A DNA stretch of 62,791 nucleotides, counting the filler, from Aduncisulcus paluster (Eukaryota): the NCBI GenBank assembly GCA_024181965.1. It is 5 parts of 5 records of this genome, joined end to end, with 100 filler letters (N's around TTAATTAATTAA, not from the genome) between each part and the next. Parts side by side here need not be neighbours in the genome. Positions count along the whole stretch, not along the records: positions 36,065 to 56,457 come from BQXS01012565.1; positions 56,558 to 59,832 come from BQXS01012568.1; 3 more parts are not named here. One strand, 5' to 3'. The position numbers were made by a program, and so were the translations under genes. The notes beneath the pieces were generated by a model. The model made no database searches. It saw nothing but the letters and a program-made list of their open reading frames with translations, and was not told where the DNA came from. Below, in pieces: positions 49,481 to 59,932 of this stretch (positions are counted from its first letter, which is position 1; every line of letters begins with the position of its first letter).

Positions 49481-49769
49481 ATGTTTGATGTAATTGGTGC
49501 CTAATAAAGTTTTTATTTACGATGAGTAATGTGTTTAAATAAATTTTAATTGATAAAATAGAGTCTATTATAGTAATTGGACGTGATAGAAATAATCTTT
49601 GAATAACGAGACACAATCTCAATGGATTTTATAGGATATTCGACCAATAAATAATAAAAATGAATTAAATTGAAATTTCGAGGACTAAAATGTTTTGGTC
49701 CTGAAAACAACTTCAGAGGAAATTTCAATCACATTTTCTCGGCAAGTAGAAAAAGGAGAACATAAAACA

Positions 49770-51554
49770 ATGTGGACTTCTAATCCTACTGTTACCCATA
49801 GCAAAATTCCTTGCTGTGAATGTGGTAAATTAATTGATCCTAATCCAGCTAACAAGTGTGCTGAGTGTATTAGATTGAAAGTTGATATTACAGAGGGTAT
49901 TGATAGGATAAACTCTCTTACATTTTGTAAAGGCTGTGGTCGTTATGTTGTTCCCCCTGAACGTTGGGTGGATGCTGAGTTAGAATCCCCTCAGCTTATG
50001 GCTATTTGTTTAAAGAGAATTAAGGGACTAAATAAGTTGAAACTTGTTGACTCTCGGTTTATTTGGACAGAACCTCATTCAAGAAGAGTTAAAGTTGAAG
50101 TAGTCGTTCAAAAAGAAGTATTTGCCAAAACCATCGTTCAGCAGGCATTTGTTGTTGAGTTTCATGTTGGAACAAGGCAATGTCCTGGCTGTGAGCGTGA
50201 TTATACCGAACATACATGGGAAGCCGTTGTCCAAGTTCGTCAGAAAGTTGATCATAGGCGAACCTTCTTTTATCTCGAGCAAGTCATCTTAAAACATACT
50301 CATCAAATCCAAGTTCAAAGTATCAAGGAAGAAAATGAAGGAATTGATTTCTATTTCCTTCATAAACAACAAGGAAGAAGGTTTGCCGATTTTTTATCCA
50401 AGGTTGTTCCAGTTAGAATCAAAGAATCCAGCAAACTGGTGTCTGCTGATGTTAAGAATAACACTGCCAAGAAAAAATACGCCCTTTCTGTTGAGTTAGC
50501 CCCTGTTTGTAAACAAGATCTTTGTGTTCTCCCCAAGAGGATCTTCAACCAGCTTGGAGGCATTGGACCTCTTGTTCTCATCACTCGTGTAACTGGACAG
50601 ATCTCCATGGTTGATCCATTCACAGCTCGGACAGCGACTATCAGTCAAAAGGTGTATTGGCGCTCTCCTTTCAAAGCTATCCTCTCTCTCTCTTCCGCCC
50701 GTGAGTTATTTGTCCTTGACTGTGAACCATCGACACCTGAGATGGCCGATAAGCTTCGTAGCATGAGATCTCTCCCCAAGGGCGAGTACAAGAAGCTTCG
50801 TTTCGACAATAAGCTTGTCCAGTGTGACGTGGAACTCTCCCCTCCCGACGCTGTTGGAGATTCTGATGGGGCCATTGTTTCCTCCCACCTTGGACACCTT
50901 CTTGAGGCTGGCAATAACGTCCTTGCGTACGAGCTCTCAAGTGCAAACTTTTCACCCCAAGATGAGAAGGTGTTGTCCTCATGCAAAGGAGGTTTCTCTC
51001 TCAAGGATCTGCCTGAGTACGTGATCATCAAGAAATATTACCATAATCGCCACAAATGGAGGAAGAAGAGGAAGTGGAAGCTTGAACGTCTTGCCATTCA
51101 GAAGGATGCCATGCGTGGTGCGCACGAAGAAGATGCTGAAAGAATCGACTTTGAGACTTTCCTTGACCAACTGGAGGAAGATCCTGAGCTGAGAAAGATG
51201 GTCAATGTGTATAAGAAAGACGGCGAGAAAGGAGAAGAAGAAGACGAGGATGTCTCTCGCGGTGAGAAATCTGAGGAGGATGAAGAAGAGAGACCTCCAC
51301 AAATATCTTTTGCCGAACTTCTCGATGGACTTGAGCAGTTCCAAGTTCAACATGAAGAAGTCGAGAAAGAAGAAGACGAGAAAGAAGAGGAAGAAGAGAA
51401 GGTGAAGGAAGGGAAAGCCAGGAGAAAGATAAAGAAAAGGAAGAAGAAACACGATACCCCGGAGAGTGGAGTCAGTTTTGGTCTTGGAAGCATTGGATTT
51501 GACTCTACAATGGATTGTGTTGGATTTTCAGCAGTTAATCTCGACGCTAAATAA
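49770..51554 (+). CDS. NMD3: 60S ribosomal export adaptor NMD3
   Basis: CCECG..I.PNPANKC..C, ELES..L...CL, FIWTEPHSRR, WEAVVQVRQKV.HRRTFFYLEQ. Confidence 0.97.
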   Translation: MWTSNPTVTHSKIPCCECGKLIDPNPANKCAECIRLKVDITEGIDRINSLTFCKGCGRYVVPPERWVDAELESPQLMAICLKRIKGLNKLKLVDSRFIWTEPHSRRVKVEVVVQKEVFAKTIVQQAFVVEFHVGTRQCPGCERDYTEHTWEAVVQVRQKVDHRRTFFYLEQVILKHTHQIQVQSIKEENEGIDFYFLHKQQGRRFADFLSKVVPVRIKESSKLVSADVKNNTAKKKYALSVELAPVCKQDLCVLPKRIFNQLGGIGPLVLITRVTGQISMVDPFTARTATISQKVYWRSPFKAILSLSSARELFVLDCEPSTPEMADKLRSMRSLPKGEYKKLRFDNKLVQCDVELSPPDAVGDSDGAIVSSHLGHLLEAGNNVLAYELSSANFSPQDEKVLSSCKGGFSLKDLPEYVIIKKYYHNRHKWRKKRKWKLERLAIQKDAMRGAHEEDAERIDFETFLDQLEEDPELRKMVNVYKKDGEKGEEEDEDVSRGEKSEEDEEERPPQISFAELLDGLEQFQVQHEEVEKEEDEKEEEEEKVKEGKARRKIKKRKKKHDTPESGVSFGLGSIGFDSTMDCVGFSAVNLDAK

Positions 51555-52197
51555 TCAATTATCATGTGAATGATTAAAATGGATGTTATATGAGAATAAA
51601 AATATAATATTTTTGAAATTGGAAGTTTTTTTATCGAATGAACTTGTTTTCAAGGTTCCTTACCAATAATTTTCAGCCCCGCTCGAAAAATACTGGTGAA
51701 CGCTATATATACATTACTAATTCAAATAGTATTTGAATAATGTTTATGGAATCNNNNNNNNNNNNNNNNNNNNTGAGCAGTTCCAAGTTCAACATGAAGA
51801 AGTCGAGAAAGAAGAAGACGAGAAAGAAGAGGAAGAAGAGAAGGTGAAGGAAGGGAAAGCCAGGAGAAAGAGAAAGAAAAGGAAGAAGAAACACGATACC
51901 CCGGAGAGTGGAGTCAGTTTTGGTCTTGGAAGCATTGGATTTGACTCTACAATGGATTGTGTTGGATTTTCAGCAGTTAATCTCGACGCTAAATAATCAA
52001 TTATCATGTGAATGATTAAAATGGATGTTATATGAGAATAAAAATATAATATTTTTGAAATTGGAAGTTTTTTTATCGAATGAACTTGTTTTCAAGGTTC
52101 CTTACCAATAATTTTCAGCCCCGCTCGAAAAATACTGGTGAACGCTATATATACATAAGGAAATTATTAGGAAGTTTTTATTAAATTCTTTCTAAAA

Positions 52198-55100
52198 ATG
52201 GCGCAAGAGACCGTTGATGTTTCTTCCCCTCCTGATACAGCTACTCTGGAATCCCTACACTAAACTAAAATTTGTGTTGCAGGATACAGCGGATCATTAG
52301 AAAATTTAGTTGCAATTCTGGATCTTCCGGTTGAAACTGATTTTCCAACTAATGGCCCATATACCCAAACTCTCTCTGATGGTTCAACCTTAAAGCACCC
52401 CATTCCCAAGAAAATGGAAATGTTGAAGGCTATAGCCTCTTTTCATGAAGAAGGGATTGCCAATGACATCATTGACGTGGATGCACGTTTGATCATCAAC
52501 AACAACGCACTTTCGTATTTTAACAGGAAACTATTATTATCTATGCTTAAATCAATACTTAGATATACCTCTTATCCTGCCAAAGTGTCAGGGAACCTCA
52601 TTTTAAATCCTGATGGGGGAATCCCTTCAAGATTGATTCAATACATCATACAATACGGTTCGATGCCAATGCGTCTTACCCTCACTGGACCCCATATCAC
52701 ACTGTCTTCGCAGCAGACACGTGCTGCTGATAAGAAAGAAATTGATGAGCTAGTTGAAAGAACGGCTAATGCTCAAACCCCACGAAACAGCGAGAAGAAA
52801 ATTGAACGGACAAGGGCTTCTAAAAGCCATATAAAGAAGACCGTTGACAAAGAGCTTGAGGTTAACCTTTCAGACCTCGCCCTTAGTGACTAAGGCTTAG
52901 TCACATGACCTTTTACGCTCAAAAACCATACAGCAAGAGCTCTATCACACTCACTGAGCTTGCTGGCCTCGCTGCCAATGGTGAATCTCTCTCTGAGAGA
53001 AACCAGGCCGCCAAGGACCTACAAACGAGGATGTCCCATAAGAAACATAACGCTGATAATCTTGTTCGAGATGGTAGGACTGGAAAGGCTTATTTGAGAT
53101 GCAACGATACAAGTCCGGTGTCTGTCACCCTGGCTAAACGCTGTATCCCCGAGCTCTTCCCCCCTGTCGAGGGATCTTCCATTTCATGGCAAACTATTGA
53201 CAAAGTTCCCATTTGGGAATCATCCTCTACCCTCTCCGTGAGCACTGAACTTATCAAAAAGATTCTTGATAGAATCCATAACACTGCAATCAGTGGTGTT
53301 ACCGGTATTACAGGCCAAGCTTTTAAGCTAGCCTGCAACAATGACCACGGACTGGCATTCCTCAAACATTCTATTAACAATTTCCTCAACACAGGTAACA
53401 TCGACAGGGTGGTGTGTCTCAAGAGACTCATTGCCCTTCCTAAGGGTGAAGACAAAATACGTCCCGTAACACCGGGTGAAGTGGTTGGTAAGGTGTTCGG
53501 TGAGGTGCTTCGCTCCTATCTGGAAAGTCCTGTGAAGAAGTTATTGGGCGATGAACTCCAGCTTGGAGTCATGTGCGATGGAGGTGCTGAAACAGTCTTA
53601 AACAGTATCTACGCAGCTGCTGAGGTAGGTAGAAGACAAGGTAAAAAGGTTTACACCGTTGCCCTGGATTTTGCCAATGCATTCAACACTGTTCTTCCCA
53701 AAGCTGTTATTGCTGCTATTCACCGCCTTGACATGGACGGCAAAATCAAAAATGCCATCCTCCAATATTTGAAAAAGATCACACTGATATATGAAAATGA
53801 CCTCGTTGAAATGGCATGTGGGGTGGCCCAAGGTGACCTTCTGTCTGCTTTCTTGTTTGCTATTACCATACATCCTATCGTGGAGCTTCTCCATAATAAG
53901 TTTGGGTATATCGAACTGGAAGAAGATGGTGTGGTCACTGCCAAAATCCCCCGTGTTGTGGCCTACCTTGATGACATCACCGTTATCGTTGATAGTGAGG
54001 ATGACATGAAAGAGGTTATGGACCTGGTAACTGCCAACCTGGGTCCTTTTGGGCTTTCACTCAATGAGGACAAGTGCAGTGTGGCTCCTTTATTCCTGGT
54101 CGACCCTGGTGACCCTGCGGCTGTCGACAGAAACGATCTGCAGAAGATCATGGGCATTTGGCTTTCAAACCATCCAAAAATTATGGAAGAATGTGCTCTC
54201 AAAAACCTTGAAAAAGTGGTGACTGAAATGGAGAATAATCTGCCAATATTCAACGTTCAGAATGCCCTTGAGGTTATTCGCACAGTTTGCCTACCCAAGT
54301 TCTCCTGCCAGATAGCCTTGAGTGGGATATCGAAAGACGTCCTATCACAACTCGAGACTAGAATCGAAAAAATTATTCGGGATGTGCTTGATCTTAAGGG
54401 TCTCCACACATCCCGTCTGACACTGCCATTCCAAATGGGTGGTCTTTGTCTCAAACTCCCGCTCAGTGATTATGACAGAATCAATTCCATCAACCTCCTT
54501 CACTTCCTCAAAGACCCAAGGAAAATGTTCCCCTGTGGTGCAGCCAGTTTCTTGAAAGATACTAACGAGGCATCGCTGCCGTTCTGGAAGCATATGAAGG
54601 AGACCGCCGTCAAAATCATTCGAGCAAAAGATGCCTCAACTCCTGACCCCTCTGAAGGACAAACCATTGATAACATTACCAGACGTGCTGTTGAGATAGC
54701 GATTGATGCCCTGAGGTCTACTCAAGACCTATCCGAAGTTGCGATCCCTGAGATCGAGTCGGAACAGGACACTCATGACCAGATCCCTCCCCCCCAGGAA
54801 CAGAGTGAGGAGGAGCATGAAGGTGATGCCTCCGAATCAAGCCCTGAAGTTGACTGGACCCTGCTGGACCAAGATGCAACCCATCGTCTCTCTCTCGTTC
54901 TTGGATATATGAAAAAAGTATTTGATGAACGTCAGAGATCCTTCCTACGGGATACGTGGTGTAACGGTGACCTGTCACGAGAAGCGAAGCGTGTACGCAC
55001 CTTCAATTTTTCTGCCTTCTGCCGAAAGCAGAATGTTTTCGTTGACCTACTATCCACCCCGCCCCGCCTTGGAAACATTATACACGATGGCCCCTTCAAC

Positions 55101-56457
55101 GTTCTGCTAGACCTGTGGTCAGGCCGTGGGAAATTCTCTCATGTCGACTCTCATGATAAGTGCCCCCACTGCCAAATGAAAAATCCCCCCTCGTTTCATA
55201 TCTTCGACTGCAAGCAAATCTGCGGCTCTGCGAACATTCGTTCACACAATGAACTGGCCTCTCTAATCTGTTCCTTTGTAAAAGAGAGTGCTGGAGAGAG
55301 CGTTGATGCTAAACTCGAAGATACTGCATGTGCTACATCAGACACGGACAAAATCCCCGATATTACGTTCCGATTCCATGGTCAGAACACTCAACAAACC
55401 TTTGACGTGCTTGATGTTGTCATCACAAATGCGAGCAAAACCATCCGTGATCTGCATCCTATTCCTGCTTCCCCTTCCCCTATCCCTGTCTCCCCTCCCC
55501 CACAGAACGAAAACAATCATGATACTCATCCTCCTAATCCTGGTGAACTGCCTCCACCAGGGGAGCAAGGGGGGTCCTCTGGCAGGACCCCCGCTGAAAC
55601 TCACGATTCTGAGGATTCTGCTGGTACCAATCAAACCCGCCCATCAACCAACAGGACCCAACGTTCTCAATCTCGCAGGGACAGCATGACTATGAAAGAT
55701 GTCATCAAGGAGGTCGAATCGCCCGTGAAAGCTGCTGAACAGAGCAAACGTCAAGTCTATCAGAACCTTGCTGCTGTTCGCACTCGCCAAAGACTCCGCA
55801 GAGGCTCCCCTGTAAGCTCCCTCGGTGAGATGGTCCAAATTGCCAACAGTTCTATTACATTTATTTACCTTTTGCTGTTGACTCCATTGGTACCGTCGGA
55901 TCCGAGGCTCTCTCTTTCTTGAAAAAGATTGTTGCTTGGTATGGAAATCCGAAACAACGCATCTCCTCCAAAGAAGGTGACAAAGCTGTCTATATGACGA
56001 GGCTGAGGCTACTTCGGAGACGCATCGGACAAGCTGTGCTCATGAGAGCATTTGGATCGGCTGACAAGGCCATATCCAAACTTCTCGACAGAGCTGGCTT
56101 TACCAAGAGAGCCAGAGCTTCGATGGCGTTTCTCTAGTATGCTTATCCCTAGAATAGTTTCCTAAGATAACTCCTAAGGCTTCCCACACAGTTTTCTATC
56201 CCTCCAATGATATTCTTTCTATCTCAATAACATTTCCTCCACTAAGACTTTCTTTACCTATCATTAAACAATCTATATCAGCTATTGATTGGTACTTTAA
56301 GCTTGCCAACTCCTATATATTGATAATCCCTATTAGAATGTTTTTAATCTCTACTCTATATGATTTGTTGTTGACTATATGTTTTTTGCCCACTATTTTC
56401 TTTTTGCCTTTATTTTTTCCTGTTTGGAGCATGTCTTGCCCAATTACCGGCTAAACC
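52198..56457 (+). mobile_element. CRE-clade-like non-LTR retrotransposon (RT, CCHC and restriction-like endonuclease), inactivated
   Basis: QLGV..GG.E, LDFANAFN, GVAQGD, AYLDD, LP..MGGL, CPHC..H...C, RSHN, PD, DVVIT, AEQSK..Y, PFAVDSIG; in-frame stop at 52261, 14-nt insertion at 52888-52901, frameshift near 55840; coding ends at 56137. Confidence 0.88.
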
Positions 56458-56557
56458 NNNNNNNNNNNNNNNNNNNNNNNNNNNNNNNNNNNNNNNNNNN
56501 NTTAATTAATTAANNNNNNNNNNNNNNNNNNNNNNNNNNNNNNNNNNNNNNNNNNNN

Positions 56558-56835
56558 GTATCAAAGTTATCGTTGGGACATTTAAAATCCAAGATCATGT
56601 TGGGTGACGGAAACCCGATTGTGCAGTCCCAAGCAGGCGATTCTGAAGTTTTGACTCAACTCTACCAGTAGAAAGCCCTCCAGTTCTGGAATTATTTGAG
56701 AAATCCGAATATCAGTTGTTTATCAGAAAGTTTCGTGAGTACAAAAGAAGAGGAGGAAGATTGGGATTATCAGCATGTATTTCTGAGAATGTAGCATTCA
56801 GCATTAGAGCGATTGCAAGAAAAGACGTCCTCCAT
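56558..56835 (+). pseudogene. Gypsy-type gag stub
   Basis: EKSEYQLFIRKFREYKRRGG. Confidence 0.6.
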
Positions 56836-56846
56836 CAGAAAAAAAA

Positions 56847-57844
56847 AGTCTTTTTCAAATTTTACCAATGTCAAGGAAAAAAAAAGGATTAGCAGAAGAA
56901 GAATAAATAATAAATTTAAGTATATTAGAAATATTTATTAATAATATGTTTTATAATATCCAGTGTATCTCACAAAAAATCATGGTGAGATATATATTCT
57001 TAAATAAAATATTATATCGGTATGTCTTGTAAAATAACAGCCCTAATATTATTTCTTTCTAAAAATCTTGATTTGCAGCTATTTGTGACCCATTTGTAAT
57101 TTCATTCAAATTTTGCTTTAAGCCCCAGAGTTATTCCCGAAAATACATTAATTATGTCATTAGAAGAGGAGTTTATTGACAAAATATTGTCTAAAAAATT
57201 TGGAGACCATACTCTTATCGAAATTCTCCGTTTGATCCGAAAAAAGCTGCCAACCTTGATCGAATATTTGGTATCAATTTCTTGGTCTTGATATATGGAT
57301 CAAATTTGATCCGAAATTGATTACATGTTGCATTCTGTTTTCCCTCGTACTATTTTCATTATTTTTAACTTAAATTAATAAATAATCAAAAACAAGACAA
57401 ACAAAAAACAATACGCCTGGTGACAGAGTCGCCAGAGGCTCAGCAAAATAAACAGTCAAGGGCAACAACACCAAAATTAATTCGAATAAATCAAGGCTTA
57501 CGCTCCCCCGGGTTGATCAGACCCAGGGGAACTGCTTTTTCATATTATCATGTGCCCAAAACCAAAGCCCGCAATTGTGAGATTCACACCGAAAGGTTAA
57601 TGTGGGAAATATTAGAATGTAAATTAAGATTAAAGGTATAATAAATAGTTAATAATTTATTTTTGTGCATGAATTATTGATAATATGCTCATGTTAAGAG
57701 ATCAGAAATAAGATCTGGAATTAAGAAGTCAGACGGATATTATAAAACATAATATTAATAAATATTTCTAATATACTTAAATTTATTATTTATTCTTCTT
57801 CTGCTAATCCTTTTCCCTGACATTGGTGAAATTTGAAAAAGACT
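56847..57844. mobile_element. About 1-kb element with ~110-bp AT-rich inverted repeats (MITE/foldback-like)
   Basis: 56847-56961 is the near reverse complement of 57736-57844. Confidence 0.65.
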
Positions 57845-59391
57845 GATTTCTCCTTGGTTGTTATTATAAAATTTTTTATTATAAAGTTTTTATTGTTTAT
57901 ATCGTGTTTTATTAAGGTTTTTGTAGTTGATTTTCTAATAAATGCATTTTAATATCTGACCTTGATGACATTTGAAAAATTCTTATATATCGGGTAAAAT
58001 AAAAAAAAAATATTTCTTAATTTAAGTATCAGCATCTCCCATGGATTTTAATGGGATATATATCGGTCTTTTCCGGATTTATGCTGTTTTATTCTGACCC
58101 ATTCCTGACCATTTTGTGATGATCATAAATTTCCAAGATCATATGATTAACATGAAGATATTAAAATTTTAAAAAAAGAATAAACATTAAAAAAGGATTT
58201 TACTGCAGAATATAAGCTCAAAAAATTTCATATTATCCNNNNNNNNNNNNNNNNNNNNAATTAAGAAGTCAGACGGATATTATAAAACATAATATTAATA
58301 AATATTTCTAATATACTTAAATTTATTATTTATTCTTCTTCTGCTAATCCTTTTCCCTGACATTGGTGAAATTTGAAAAAGACTGATTTCTCCTTGGTTG
58401 TTATTATAAAATTTTTTATTATAAAGTTTTTATTGTTTATATCGTGTTTTATTAAGGTTTTTGTAGTTGATTTTCTAATAAATGCATTTTAATATCTGAC
58501 CTTGATGACATTTGAAAAATTCTTATATATCGGGTAAAATAAAAAAAAAAATATTTCTTAATTTAAGTATCAGCATCTCCCATGGATTTTAATGGGATAT
58601 ATATCGGTCTTTTCCGGATTTATGCTGTTTTATTCTGACCCATTCCTGACCATTTTGTGATGATCATAAATTTCCAAGATCATATGATTAACATGAAGAT
58701 ATTAAAATTTTAAAAAAAGAATAAACATTAAAAAGGGATTTTACTGCAGAATATAAGCTCAAAAAATTTCATATTATCCATTTAAAAGATAATCACTGTA
58801 TCTCCCGGATTATGCATTTTAAAAGGAAAAAATAGGTTTTCAGATTTCGCGTTAATAAAGTTTATTATGCTTAAATCAATGAGAAACCATCGGCTGGCAT
58901 AGATCCGTTCCCCCTTGTGCGAACTGAAAACACCGACCTGCGATTTAAGGGAAATGGATACCGTTTTCGAGGTCTACTCCGGGAGTAGATTTCAAAAAAT
59001 AAATTTATTTATTAATAACACATATTGGTCCATCATAGGATGAGAAACGATAATTATTTGTACTAAGCGAACAAAAAGTGTTATAAAGAAACAAAATAAA
59101 AATTTAAGATATTAATTTCTTTTTATTAAGAAAATGTCTTGGTAAAGGGGATATATGTTTAGTATCACATATTTCATCTGGGCAGCATGGTTTTTTCGAA
59201 ACGTACAACAAGGTTTGTGAAAATATTTTGTTTATTTTATATAGTATAATACATCTAATATATTTTTTGTTTAGTTTTACACTCATCATCGAACAGAAAA
59301 AACAGAAGATGATTGTAATAATAATAATAAATTTTGCTCACGAATTTATTTATATTTTTATTTTATCATAGTAATATTACTAGGTATCTAA

Positions 59392-59832
59392 ATGGCAACC
59401 ATACAACCTCCAATACTGGAGAAATTCACGGAAGAAACGTGGGAAAAGTTTAAGACGGAATACCTTGTGTATACGAAAAAAGGAGGAAAGAAATCATTCG
59501 ACAAATGCATTGACCCAATTTGTTGGAGTATCATTTCGTGTATTGTGGAGTTTACTGACGTTACAAAACAAAAAGATAGTTTCGATGAAATCACCGCGGT
59601 TTTTGGGAAATCCTCCACAATTGCATATTATGATGCACTCGACGCATGCAAAATGAAGTCTAAATTGGATCTCGAGGCATATTTGGAATATGTCCATGGT
59701 TTCAAACGTATTTTTGAGGCGAATACGTCAAAAGGAAGCGAATCTACAGTAGTCAAGAAGTTTGTTCAAAACCTTTATTCAAAAAGATTCAGGGAGAGAA
59801 CCTGGGCAAGTATTGATGAGTCCACTGCTACC
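59392..59832 (+). CDS. Gypsy-type gag (runs off the contig)
   Basis: IQPPILEKFTEETWEKFKTEYLVYTKKGG; YLEYVHGFK; KKFVQNL. Confidence 0.75.
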
Positions 59833-59932
59833 NNNNNNNNNNNNNNNNNNNNNNNNNNNNNNNNNNNNNNNNNNNNTTAATTAATTAANNNNNNNNNNNN
59901 NNNNNNNNNNNNNNNNNNNNNNNNNNNNNNNN

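Noticed and set aside
52261..52263. In-frame TAA as evidence of TAA/TAG-to-Gln reassignment
   Set aside because: Conserved genes end at the expected place with TAG or TAA (CoA transferase, AP mu, NMD3), so the code is standard
36614..55838. Many antisense or alternate-frame ORFs overlapping real genes and the retrotransposon
   Set aside because: Shadows of codon bias with no motifs
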